58,926 bases of DNA, from the NCBI GenBank assembly GCA_963622445.1, contig CAVFHY010000002.1, positions 1 through 58,926 on the forward strand, written 5' to 3'. Of the stretch, positions 44,854 through 54,629 are shown one piece after another. This stretch comes from Bacteroidaceae bacterium (GTDB lineage: Bacteria > Bacteroidota > Bacteroidia > Bacteroidales > Paludibacteraceae). Each line of letters begins with the position of its first letter. Position 1 is the first letter of the stretch. The notes under the pieces were generated by a model. It saw only the letters and a list, made by a program, of their open reading frames with translations. It did not search any database and was not told the DNA's origin. The position numbers and the translations under genes are program-made.

Positions 44854-46170
44854 ATGGCATCACTGCAGCAGATTATCAAATTCTTGCGCTACGACCTTTG
44901 GCGGCGTACCACGAGCGAACTGACGAGCAACGGCAAACGCTTGGGGTATCAAATACTGCGCACCATTGTACTGGTGGTCAAGGGTTTTACATCCAAGAAA
45001 CTGAATGTCAGTGCCAACAGCCTTGCCTACTCACTGATTTTCGCCATCATACCTGTCCTGGCGCTGGTGCTGGCGGTGGCAAAAGGTTTTGGTGCCGCCG
45101 AAGTGATAGAGGAGGAACTGAACCACACCATTCTGGGTGAGACCAACCTTGTGCCAACTATCATGCCGATGGTGGAGCGCTACCTCTCGACGGCGCAGGA
45201 GGGGCTTTTCATCGGTATCGGACTGCTTATTCTTCTTTGGGCGATCTACTCTTTTTTTCAGAATGTGGAAACCGCCTTCAACGAGATATGGAATGTGAAG
45301 CAATCGCGCTCGCTCGTCCGGCAGTTTACCACCTACCTCGCTATCCTATTCCTCATCCCCGTGTTGATTATCGTGTCGGCGGGTTTGAGTATATTCGTCA
45401 ATTCCACGGTGATGGCGACGCTGCACGAGATTGCTTTCATAGCGGAGATCAAGTCGGGGCTTGTCCGCCTGCTGCAGTTCATTATCTGCTGGGCGTTGTT
45501 CACATGGATGTACAGTGCCATTCCGAACACGAAAGTTCATTTCCTAAGTGCGTGTATTCCCGGTGTACTGATAGGCACGCTCTTCCAACTGTTGCAGATG
45601 CTCTCGGTGAACATTATCGTCTTTCTTTCCCGCACAAGTATAGTCTACGGTGCGTTTGCCACCTTGCCCATATTGCTTATCTGGCTGCAGTGGACCTGCC
45701 TCCTAATACTGATAGGGGCGGAGATGTCGTTTGCCATACAGAACAACGAACTCTTTGAGTACGAGCAGGATGTGCAGAGTATGTCCCGCCGCTACAAGGA
45801 CTTTATCACGCTCTACCTGCTGTCGATTATCATCCATCGTTTCGAGGAGGATCAAGAGCCGTTGACGGCACACGAATTGGCGGAACAGAACCACTTGCCC
45901 GCACGACTGGTGGGTCAGTTGCTCTCCCGTCTGGTGGAGACCCGTCTGGTACGCGAAATCTACATTGAGAACAAGGAGGAGCGGACCTACCAACCCGCCC
46001 TGGATACGCACCGTATCACCATCGGCATGGTCTTTGACCGCATCGACCGGCAGGGGACAGAAGAGTTTCTGCAGTCCACTACCCCTGAGATGCAAGTCTT
46101 CTGGCAGCATTTTCTCCAGTTGAAGCGCGAGCATAACACCCTCGACCAGATTTGCGTCAGCGAAATCTAA
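44854..46170 (+). CDS. YihY/BrkB-family membrane protein with a C-terminal winged-helix-like extension
   Basis: Six hydrophobic helices and LAYSLIFAIIPVLALV, typical of the YihY family. About 130 aa of soluble tail. Confidence 0.8.
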   Translation: MASLQQIIKFLRYDLWRRTTSELTSNGKRLGYQILRTIVLVVKGFTSKKLNVSANSLAYSLIFAIIPVLALVLAVAKGFGAAEVIEEELNHTILGETNLVPTIMPMVERYLSTAQEGLFIGIGLLILLWAIYSFFQNVETAFNEIWNVKQSRSLVRQFTTYLAILFLIPVLIIVSAGLSIFVNSTVMATLHEIAFIAEIKSGLVRLLQFIICWALFTWMYSAIPNTKVHFLSACIPGVLIGTLFQLLQMLSVNIIVFLSRTSIVYGAFATLPILLIWLQWTCLLILIGAEMSFAIQNNELFEYEQDVQSMSRRYKDFITLYLLSIIIHRFEEDQEPLTAHELAEQNHLPARLVGQLLSRLVETRLVREIYIENKEERTYQPALDTHRITIGMVFDRIDRQGTEEFLQSTTPEMQVFWQHFLQLKREHNTLDQICVSEI

Positions 46171-46196
46171 CCACACGAACATAATACCACACAACC

Positions 46197-48065
46197 ATGA
46201 AACATACCTCTCTTTTCTTTGCCCTTCTGCTCAGCCCCGTGCTAGCGTGGGCGACCCCAAAAATCACACGCGTCGAACCGCTCTGCTGGTGGACGGATAT
46301 GAACCAACCGCTGACGCTGCTTTTCTACGGCGAAGACCTGCAGGACGCCGAAGTACAGATACAGGAGGTAGCCGCCGGACGCGTTCTCCGGGGGCAATGT
46401 CTCGGGCTTGTCGCCACGGGACAACACAACGCAGAGAGCAGGAACTACCTCTTTGTGGATATGGATGTACGCCAGGCCGGCACCTATCGCATCACGCTCC
46501 GCAAAGGCAAGCACCGTGCGTCGTACACCTACACCATATACTCCCGCCAAGAAGGCAGCCGCGAGCGTGGTTCGTTCACCACGGCAGACCTCATCTACCT
46601 CATTATGTCCGACCGTTTTGTGGACGCTGACCCTGCCAACAACTCCACTGCGGACACCCGTGAGAAAGCCGACAAGAACAATATACACGGGCGTTTCGGT
46701 GGCGACATCGAGGGTATCGTGAGCCAACTCGACCATATTGCCGACCTCGGGGCTACCGCCATCTGGCCTACGCCGCTGCTGCTGGACAACGAGGACGCAT
46801 GGTCGTACCACGGCTATGCCTGCGCTGACTATTACCGCATCGACCCGCGGTTCGGTACGAACGAGAGTTACAAACAGATGGTGCACACGGCACACGCCAA
46901 AGGGATCAAGGTTCTAATGGACATGGTGCCCAACCACTGCGGCGCAGCACATTGGTGGATGAAAGACCTGCCCTACGCCGATTGGATAAACCAGTTCAGC
47001 GAGTTCACCAATACGAACAATGTCTTCTCTGCCAACTACGACATCAACGCCTCGGAGTACGACCGTCTGCTCTCTAACCGCGGGTGGTTCGACCGCCCTA
47101 TGCCCGACATGAATCTGGAGAACCCCGATCTATTGCGCTATTTCCAGCAGTGGGCAATCTGGTGGATAGAGTATGCAGACTTGGACGGATTGCGTGTGGA
47201 CACCTATCCGTACATCGAGAAACAGCCGGCAGCCCAATGGCTACAGGCGATACGCCAAGAGTACCCGAACCTCAATATCGTGGGCGAATGTTGGACGCGT
47301 CCTGCGTCTGCCGTTGCCTACTGGCAGTCGGGTACAGCGAACTACGACGGTTTCGACAGCCACCTGCCTACCGTCATGGATTTCCCCTTGAACGAAGCCA
47401 TACGCCAAGCCCTCGAAAACGACGGCAACGGTTGGGGAAACGGGCTGACCAAAGTCTACGATGCATTGGCGCAAGACTATCTCTACGCCGATGTCAACCG
47501 TTTGCTTATTTTCCTTGATAACCACGATATGGACCGTATCGGCGATGTAGTGAAGGACAAAGACCCCCGCCGCACGAAGATAGCCTACACCCTGCTCGCT
47601 ACGCTGCGCGGCATACCGCAAGTGTTTGCGGGGGATGAATATGATATGCACTCCGCCGACCTCTCGCAGGGGCACTCTACCCTGCGCATGCCCCTGCCTG
47701 TGCCCGCCGATCCGAACGACAGCACCTACCTTACGCCGGAGCAACGGGATATGTTCGCCTACCAGCGTGCACTCTTCCAGTGGCGCAAGACGGAGCCGAT
47801 ACTCCACCACGGACGAACGATGCACTTCCTGAGCCGCGACAACACCTATGCCTACTTCCGTTATACCGACGAGGGAGCGGTGTTTGTCTTTGCCAATGCT
47901 TCGGACGATGAGAAGACCGTTCCAACCGCCCGTTACGCCGAGATTTTGAGTCACTACAACCCCGTAGGCACGGATGTACTCACGGGGAAAACCATCGATC
48001 TCTCAAGAGCGGACAACCGCATTCCCGCACTCTCGAGCCTCGTTGTACGCCTCAACCGCAAATAG
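46197..48065 (+). CDS. GH13 alpha-amylase family enzyme (SusA/neopullulanase-like), secreted/periplasmic
   Basis: Signal peptide MKHTSLFFALLLSPVLAWA. GH13 regions DMVPNHCG, DGLRVDTYPY, GECW and FLDNHDMDR. Cyclomaltodextrinase-type N-terminal domain. Confidence 0.9.
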   Translation: MKHTSLFFALLLSPVLAWATPKITRVEPLCWWTDMNQPLTLLFYGEDLQDAEVQIQEVAAGRVLRGQCLGLVATGQHNAESRNYLFVDMDVRQAGTYRITLRKGKHRASYTYTIYSRQEGSRERGSFTTADLIYLIMSDRFVDADPANNSTADTREKADKNNIHGRFGGDIEGIVSQLDHIADLGATAIWPTPLLLDNEDAWSYHGYACADYYRIDPRFGTNESYKQMVHTAHAKGIKVLMDMVPNHCGAAHWWMKDLPYADWINQFSEFTNTNNVFSANYDINASEYDRLLSNRGWFDRPMPDMNLENPDLLRYFQQWAIWWIEYADLDGLRVDTYPYIEKQPAAQWLQAIRQEYPNLNIVGECWTRPASAVAYWQSGTANYDGFDSHLPTVMDFPLNEAIRQALENDGNGWGNGLTKVYDALAQDYLYADVNRLLIFLDNHDMDRIGDVVKDKDPRRTKIAYTLLATLRGIPQVFAGDEYDMHSADLSQGHSTLRMPLPVPADPNDSTYLTPEQRDMFAYQRALFQWRKTEPILHHGRTMHFLSRDNTYAYFRYTDEGAVFVFANASDDEKTVPTARYAEILSHYNPVGTDVLTGKTIDLSRADNRIPALSSLVVRLNRK

Positions 48066-48091
48066 GTATTGCATATTCGACAAAAAAGTAG

Positions 48092-48099
48092 TACCTTTG
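48092..48099 (+). promoter_or_regulatory. Candidate -7 box TACCTTTG for tamB-comM
   Basis: CAAAAAAGTAGTACCTTTGCGC, about 45 nt upstream of the ATG at 48143. Confidence 0.55.
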
Positions 48100-48142
48100 C
48101 GCACTAAACCGAAGCGTGCACCGCACCCACCGGTAACCGGAT

Positions 48143-51100
48143 ATGAAACGGGTACTATACATATTGGCAGTCCTGCTGACGAGCCTTCTGCTCGTTGGGG
48201 CAATGTGTGTGTGCATCCTCTCGAGCGACCGTGTCGAAACGGCGGCGGTAAATCTTGTGGCAGACGAGTTGAGCCAGGGGCTGGGTACAGCCGCCGAGGT
48301 AGGGGCTGTCGAGTACCATTTTCCCGCCCGCCTACGGATAAAGGACATCTACATCGAAGACCGACAGCACGATACACTGCTCTATGTAGGCGAAATATAT
48401 GCCCACTTACGCCCTTTGCCACTATGGAAGAACGAGATACGCTTCTCCCGTGTGGCGGTGCGCAACGGTGTAGTACGCGCGTATGCCCTGCCCTCTGGGG
48501 AGTATAATTACCAATTCCTCGTCGATGCCTTTCGGCGTACGGACAAGCCCCATAATCCGTTCCATGCCTTTCTGTCCGTAAAGGACATTGAGATAGAGAA
48601 CATCCGGGCACAATACGATGACTACCAAGGGTGGATAGATCGTGCGTACATGGATCTGTACCACCTGACGCAAGATTCGCTCGATGCGGAGATACGCAGC
48701 CTCAGCGCCTATGCCGCCAATCCGCACGACCGTTTGCAGATAGAAGACCTGCGGGCGCACCTCGTCTATAACGACACCCTGCTCGCCATACCGACACTCT
48801 ATCTGCGCTTGCCCCACTCGGAAGTGGACGCAGGCGGCGTAGAGTACACGATGCACAATGCCGCCGGAGAGCACGAGCCCTGTGGCATAGACCACAGCAC
48901 CCGTACGGGGAAACTGCTCTCCGAATCCAACACCATCCGTTTTCACATCACACAAGCTGCCGTCAGCCCGCAGGATTTGGCATTCTTCGCACCCAAACTG
49001 CGTACACTCAACAAGAAAGTACGCCTCACGGGCGACATCGTAGGCACGCTCGACAGCATACGGGCGACGGACTTCACGCTCCGCTACAATGAACAGCAAC
49101 TCTTCGAAGGCGACTTCACCGCCATTGGATTGCCCGATATTCACAACCCCTACCTCAAGATACGCTGTACCGACCTCTTTGCCAACGCCCGCCTGCTACA
49201 GGACTTCGTGAGCGACTTGCAGGATCGTCCCTACCGCCTGCCGCGTGAGGTACACCGGTTGGGGGATATCCACTATCGGGGGCAGATAGAGGGGCGGCTG
49301 CACGATGTAGTACTGCACGGTGCTTTCCGCACCGCCCTCGGCGTCATCACCACCGACGGAGCACTGCAGTCCGATTCGCTCTTCCGGCACTTGGACTATA
49401 ATATGCGTGTAGCGACCAAGCGTTTCCGCCTGGGCAAAATGCTAGCACACCAACCATTAGGGAATATATCCCTCGATGTGCGGCTGCAGGGAGAGGCGAC
49501 AGACGGGCAACCGAAAGGCAAAGTACAAGCCTATGTGCGCGACCTGACCTACAACGGCTATACATACCGCCAACTGCAGGCAAACGGGCACTACAACGAG
49601 CAGCACTATGACGGCACTCTCGCTATAAAGGACGACAATCTGGAGCTGTATTTCAACGGACTGGTCAGCCTGACAGAAGGGAAACCCGAGATAGACTGCG
49701 ACCTGCGCCTTGTGCGTTTCCGCCCCGGCGTACTCGGGCTCTCCCCCTCGCTCGCAGCCGTCGAAGTCGGTAGCACAATCGCCGTCAACCTGAACGGAAT
49801 CAATGTGGACGAGATGAACGGCTACCTCGTAGTGGATTCGCTGCGCTTGAAGAATGGCAGCGATTCGCTCCTCATGCAGCAACTGAAACTTATCGTCCAA
49901 GCCGAGCAGAAAAAGAAACAAATACGATTGTCGAGCGACTACCTCACCATGGGTGTCAGCGGGGAGTTCCGCTATGCCGAGTTGCCCCAAATGGTACTGC
50001 GGCAGGCAGCACACTACCTCCCGCATGCGTTCTCCGCCGAAAAACGCGAAGCCATACGCCGAAGCACGCCCACAGACTCGAGGCTTACCTTCTATGCCTA
50101 CGGCTATAAGTTGGGTGCGCTGCAACGGGTACTCAAACTTCCGACGCGCATCAGCGGGCAACCCGTTGTGAAAGGTTTCTTGCGCGAAGACAAAAACCAG
50201 TTCGGACTGATGGCATACTTGCCTGGGGTGCGCATCGGCACTACTCCTGTGCGAGATATTACCCTCTCATTGGACAACATCGGCAATAGTGCGAACCTGT
50301 CGGTATCTGCCGAAGCCCTGAATATGGGCAGTCTGCTCCGTGCCACGGCGGCAGGCGATTCGCTGACGACACATCTCTCGCTCTACCAAACGGCAGAGGC
50401 GGATTATGCGTACGGTGGTGAGATCAACCTCTGCACCAAATTCTTGCAATACGCAGGCAAGCCGCTGATAGATACCCATATACAACCCTCTATCTTCCAA
50501 CTGAGAGACTCGATTTATACGCTGAGCGACAGCCATATAGTCTATTGTGTGGCAGATACCACTCTAGGTATCAACCATTTCAATATGCAGGCGGCGCACC
50601 AATACATCCGTGCGGACGGTATGGCGTCGGCACATCCCAAAGACTCGCTCAGAGTAGAACTCGGGAATATAGACGCCGGCTATCTGCTACCGTTCTTCCT
50701 GCCCGAGAAATCCCTCAAGTTAGGCGGAAGCCTAACAGGTTGGGCAACACTGTACAGCCTCTTCTCCACCCCGATGTTCGAAGCGGATGTGCGGCTCGAT
50801 TCCGCCTTGCTCAACGATGCGTATGTAGGGAACGCCACCGCCGTGGTAGCACTCGACAAAGAGAGTAAGAATGTACTGATAGACGGAGATGTGATGCTAC
50901 ACGAGCGCAAGATAGCGCATGTGGACGGCACCGTAGAAACCGCGACACGCAAATGGGGAATTATGATATATCCGGACTCTATCCCTCTGAACTTCATTGA
51001 TCATTGGGCGCAGGGTATCATTACCGACATCGGAGGTTACGGCTCGGGCGTAGTGCATGTCTTCGGTGACAGAGAGGGAGGCGAAAAACGCACATGGGTG

Positions 51101-52681
51101 GAAACAAGGGCAAAAGTATCGGGCGGCAAACTGACTATTCCCTATACGGGGTGTCGCTACCACCTCGAAGACTCGGTATTTATGGACTCCACTTCCATTC
51201 AGTTCAACGATATCACGCTCTACGACGACGAGGGACACCGCCTGCACCTCGATGGCGCATTGCGACATACGCTGTTCAAGAATTTTACCTACACCTTTGA
51301 TGTACGGGTATTCGATGCCCTGGCGTTCGACCGTCCCGACAAGGTAGGTGAGATGTTGCAAGGTAAAGTATATGCCAACGGTACAGCAAACATAGAGGGC
51401 AACGGCGACGAAGTACGCATTACCGCCAATGCACGAAGCGTGGGCAAGTCGCGCTTCACGCTGTCGATAGACAATGCGTCGTCTGCCGCAGACAACAACT
51501 TTGTTACTTTCGTAGACCATAACGCCATTCCTCCTTCCCCCACGGAAGACGAGGACATCGATCTGCAAGACGCAGAGGAAGAGAAACTCTCGACCCGCGT
51601 TCTGCTGTCGATGAATATGGACATCAATCAGCATCTGCTCTTCCAACTTATGCTGGGGGAGCGCAACGGCGATATGATACAAGGGCGGGGAGACGGTGCT
51701 ATGCGCTTTGCCTACGACTCACAGGACGGCACCATGCAACTGCTCGGCACTTATACTATTCAGCAAGGCTCGCTGGACTTCACGGTCGGTAATGTCATCC
51801 ACCGCCGTTTCACGATAGGCGAAGGCGGAGCGATTTCGTGGTCAGGCAACCCTGCTGCACCGCAACTGAATGTAACCGCCAAATACCGTGTAACGGCGAG
51901 CCTGAAAGACCTCTTCGGCAGCGAAATAAGCCAACTCGCCACCAGCCGTACGAGCGTGCCTGTCAATACCTGCCTGACGCTGACGGGCAACCTGCTACAA
52001 CCCACACTGCATTTCGGCATTGAGTTACCCCAATCGGACGAGTCGATACAGAGTCAGATACGCGCCATTATCAACACCGATGAGATGCTGATGCGGCAAG
52101 TCATCTACCTGCTGGTCTTCGGGCGGTTCTTCACTCCCGAATACATGACCAGCACTACCTACACGGGGCTCAACGAAACCTATTCACTCCTCTCGTCCAC
52201 CATTACAGGGCAGATAGACACTTGGCTAAGTAAACTGACGAATGTGTTTACTATGGGCGTGAATATCCGTACCGACGGTGAAGGGAAAGATATGGGGCAA
52301 GAATACGAAGCAGAGTTCCAACTGCAACCGGTGGACAGACTGGTAATCAATGGCAATGTAGGCTACCGCTACAACGATATATCCAAGCAACCTTTCTTCG
52401 GCGACTTGGATGTAGAGGTACTACTGACGGACGACGGCAAACTGCGCCTAAAGGGCTACACGCATACCGTAGACAAGTACTCTCTACGGCAGGCGAACAC
52501 CATTCAGGGTGTGGGCTTCGTATGGAAGTACGACTTCAATTTCCCTACCAAAGAAGATAGAGAGCGGAACAAGATACTCCGCGCCGAGAAGAAAGCCGAG
52601 AAAACAAGACTGAAAGAAGAGAAAAAGGCAAAGAAAGAGCAAGAGAAAGCCACCCGACAGGAAGCCGGAAACAACCCCTAA
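48143..52681 (+). CDS. tamB: Translocation and assembly module protein TamB (DUF490 C-terminus)
   Basis: 1512 aa. One N-terminal anchor helix (VLYILAVLLTSLLLVGAMCVCIL), a long beta-rich body, a C-terminal DUF490-like region and a Lys/Glu-rich tail. Confidence 0.8.
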   Translation: MKRVLYILAVLLTSLLLVGAMCVCILSSDRVETAAVNLVADELSQGLGTAAEVGAVEYHFPARLRIKDIYIEDRQHDTLLYVGEIYAHLRPLPLWKNEIRFSRVAVRNGVVRAYALPSGEYNYQFLVDAFRRTDKPHNPFHAFLSVKDIEIENIRAQYDDYQGWIDRAYMDLYHLTQDSLDAEIRSLSAYAANPHDRLQIEDLRAHLVYNDTLLAIPTLYLRLPHSEVDAGGVEYTMHNAAGEHEPCGIDHSTRTGKLLSESNTIRFHITQAAVSPQDLAFFAPKLRTLNKKVRLTGDIVGTLDSIRATDFTLRYNEQQLFEGDFTAIGLPDIHNPYLKIRCTDLFANARLLQDFVSDLQDRPYRLPREVHRLGDIHYRGQIEGRLHDVVLHGAFRTALGVITTDGALQSDSLFRHLDYNMRVATKRFRLGKMLAHQPLGNISLDVRLQGEATDGQPKGKVQAYVRDLTYNGYTYRQLQANGHYNEQHYDGTLAIKDDNLELYFNGLVSLTEGKPEIDCDLRLVRFRPGVLGLSPSLAAVEVGSTIAVNLNGINVDEMNGYLVVDSLRLKNGSDSLLMQQLKLIVQAEQKKKQIRLSSDYLTMGVSGEFRYAELPQMVLRQAAHYLPHAFSAEKREAIRRSTPTDSRLTFYAYGYKLGALQRVLKLPTRISGQPVVKGFLREDKNQFGLMAYLPGVRIGTTPVRDITLSLDNIGNSANLSVSAEALNMGSLLRATAAGDSLTTHLSLYQTAEADYAYGGEINLCTKFLQYAGKPLIDTHIQPSIFQLRDSIYTLSDSHIVYCVADTTLGINHFNMQAAHQYIRADGMASAHPKDSLRVELGNIDAGYLLPFFLPEKSLKLGGSLTGWATLYSLFSTPMFEADVRLDSALLNDAYVGNATAVVALDKESKNVLIDGDVMLHERKIAHVDGTVETATRKWGIMIYPDSIPLNFIDHWAQGIITDIGGYGSGVVHVFGDREGGEKRTWVETRAKVSGGKLTIPYTGCRYHLEDSVFMDSTSIQFNDITLYDDEGHRLHLDGALRHTLFKNFTYTFDVRVFDALAFDRPDKVGEMLQGKVYANGTANIEGNGDEVRITANARSVGKSRFTLSIDNASSAADNNFVTFVDHNAIPPSPTEDEDIDLQDAEEEKLSTRVLLSMNMDINQHLLFQLMLGERNGDMIQGRGDGAMRFAYDSQDGTMQLLGTYTIQQGSLDFTVGNVIHRRFTIGEGGAISWSGNPAAPQLNVTAKYRVTASLKDLFGSEISQLATSRTSVPVNTCLTLTGNLLQPTLHFGIELPQSDESIQSQIRAIINTDEMLMRQVIYLLVFGRFFTPEYMTSTTYTGLNETYSLLSSTITGQIDTWLSKLTNVFTMGVNIRTDGEGKDMGQEYEAEFQLQPVDRLVINGNVGYRYNDISKQPFFGDLDVEVLLTDDGKLRLKGYTHTVDKYSLRQANTIQGVGFVWKYDFNFPTKEDRERNKILRAEKKAEKTRLKEEKKAKKEQEKATRQEAGNNP

Positions 52682-52695
52682 TTCCCAAAGAGACT

Positions 52696-54255
52696 ATGCT
52701 GATTAAGACATACGGTGCAGCACCCGTAGGTATAGATGCTGTATTAGTGACGATAGAGGTGCACACCGTACCCGGGTTCGATTTCACACTGGTTGGACTG
52801 CCGGACAATGCTGTCAAAGAGTCGCACGAGCGTATTGTGGCGGCACTGAATGTAAACGGCTTCGGCTCTCCCAAACGGACATTCACCATCAATATGGCGC
52901 CTGCCGACATTCGCAAAGAGGGAGCGTCGTACGATTTACCGCTGGCAATCGGAATGCTGGCAGGCGAAGAGAAAGTACAGTCGCAGCGGCTCGAACAGTA
53001 TATGCTCATGGGGGAATTGAGTCTTGATGGTTCGCTCCAACCCATTCGCGGTGCACTGCCTATGGCACTCTGTGCACGCAAAGAGGGATTCAAAGGACTT
53101 ATCCTGCCTGCTGCCAATGCACAGGAAGCTGCCGTGGTAAACGGACTGGAAGTCTATGGTATAGAGACGCTACTCGATGTAGTACGCTTCCTAAACGGGG
53201 AAATGCAGATTAGTCCTAGCACAGTCGATACAGAGACGCTGTTTCGGGAAGAAGCCTATACCACAGACTTGGATTTTGCCGATGTACGAGGACAAGAGAA
53301 TGTGCGACGGGCGATGGAGGTAGCCGCTGCTGGAGGACATAATATCCTTATGGTAGGTCCTCCGGGAGCAGGCAAATCGATGATGGCAAAACGACTGCCC
53401 TCTATCCTACCGCCTCTCACACTTGAGGAAGCACTCGAGACAACAAAGATTCATTCCGTAGCAGGCTTGCTCAATCGCCGCAGCGGCATTACAACCAAAG
53501 AGTCGCTGATAGTACGCCGTCCGTTCCGAAGCCCACACCATACCATTACCGATGTAGCACTCGTGGGAGGCGGGGCTAATCCGCAGCCTGGCGAGATAAG
53601 TCTGGCACACAACGGAGTGCTGTTTCTCGACGAACTGCCCGAATACAAACGCACGGCATTGGAGGTAATGCGTCAGCCATTGGAAGACAGAAAGATAACC
53701 GTCTCACGCAACAAGATGTCAATAGAGTACCCTGCGTCTTTTATGCTCGTGGCTGCGATGAACCCCTGCCCCTGCGGTCATTATGGAGAAAACAACCCCG
53801 TACATCCCTGCATCTGTACCCCCACACAAGTACATCGCTACCTGAGCCGAATCTCGGGTCCCCTACTCGACCGAATCGATATTCAGTGCGAGATACAAGC
53901 CGTTGCCTACGACCAACTCCGCAGTATGCAGCAGGGAGAATCGTCGGCAGCCATTCGCCAACGCGTGGTAGCGGCACGCAAAATCCAATCGGAGCGCTTT
54001 GTAGGAACAGGTATATACTGCAATGCACAGATGACGCCACAGATACTTCGGCAGTATTGCCGTGTGGACGAAGAGGGGGATAAACTGCTGGCGTTCTCAA
54101 TGAACCGATTGGGACTTTCTGCGCGTGCATACGACCGGATACTGAAAGTGTCCCGTACCATTGCCGACCTTGCGGGAGAAGAGAATATCACGGCACGGCA
54201 CCTCCTCGAAGCTATCGGCTACCGCTCACTCGACCGCTCCACTTGGGCTGGATAA
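52696..54255 (+). CDS. comM: YifB/ComM-family Mg-chelatase-like AAA+ ATPase
   Basis: N-terminal Lon-protease-like domain (YDLPLAIGML). Walker A GPPGAGKSM. Walker B VLFLDELPE. C-terminal ...RAYDRILKVSRTIADLAG. Confidence 0.9.
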   Translation: MLIKTYGAAPVGIDAVLVTIEVHTVPGFDFTLVGLPDNAVKESHERIVAALNVNGFGSPKRTFTINMAPADIRKEGASYDLPLAIGMLAGEEKVQSQRLEQYMLMGELSLDGSLQPIRGALPMALCARKEGFKGLILPAANAQEAAVVNGLEVYGIETLLDVVRFLNGEMQISPSTVDTETLFREEAYTTDLDFADVRGQENVRRAMEVAAAGGHNILMVGPPGAGKSMMAKRLPSILPPLTLEEALETTKIHSVAGLLNRRSGITTKESLIVRRPFRSPHHTITDVALVGGGANPQPGEISLAHNGVLFLDELPEYKRTALEVMRQPLEDRKITVSRNKMSIEYPASFMLVAAMNPCPCGHYGENNPVHPCICTPTQVHRYLSRISGPLLDRIDIQCEIQAVAYDQLRSMQQGESSAAIRQRVVAARKIQSERFVGTGIYCNAQMTPQILRQYCRVDEEGDKLLAFSMNRLGLSARAYDRILKVSRTIADLAGEENITARHLLEAIGYRSLDRSTWAG

Positions 54256-54265
54256 AAAGGATAAG

Positions 54266-54305
54266 ACAGGGGAAAACAGGGGAAGACAGGGGAAGACAGA
54301 GGGAG
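54266..54305. repeat. 10-bp tandem array x4 (ACAGGGGAAR)
   Basis: acaggggaaa / acaggggaag / acaggggaag / acagagggag. The array begins 10 nt after the comM stop. Confidence 0.9.
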
Positions 54306-54510
54306 AGCTGTGATGACATTGACACCATTGCTTACCGCAAGCATTGGTTCTATCACAACAATCAAAAAATCACCGCCATAGCGGGAGAAAAGACTTTCAA
54401 AATAAGTATAGACAACCCGAAACGATTTGCAGAACTCCTCACTGCAAAGAACCCTGAAATACAATGCGATTTGTAACTTTAATGGGGATTTAGTCTGTAT
54501 AGGATTACAA

Positions 54511-54549
54511 AATAATAAGAGACGGTATGTCATACCGTCTCTTATTATT
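54511..54549. terminator. Bidirectional terminator between convergent comM and the PiT gene
   Basis: AATAATAAGAGACGGTATG / CATACCGTCTCTTATTATT. The two 19-nt arms are perfectly complementary and both flanks are A/T-rich. Confidence 0.85.
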
Positions 54550-54629
54550 CGATAGCATTTTACAAGTCTGTGTATTCGTATCCACTCGGTATCATCTCGA
54601 TATCCACTCGATGATGTACTTGGCAGGCA

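Noticed and set aside
44377-44923. ORFs of 107 aa (minus) and 150 aa (plus) between tRNA-Gly and the YihY-family gene
   Set aside because: They overlap the RNase P RNA, which carries the universal GGAAAGTCCGGGC and ACAGAACCCGGCTTA blocks. The ORFs are by-products of a structured GC-rich RNA gene.
46242-51682. Minus-strand ORFs of 200-260 aa inside the GH13 gene and tamB (46242-46895, 47241-47954, 48422-49144, 49457-50161, 50897-51682)
   Set aside because: They are embedded antisense in long, well-supported plus-strand genes and have no motifs or start context.
54243-54476. 77-aa ORF overlapping the comM stop
   Set aside because: Its N-terminal third is just the translated ACAGGGGAAR tandem repeat and it overlaps comM. 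There is no promoter box. The C-terminal part may be a gene remnant, but I cannot support an intact CDS.
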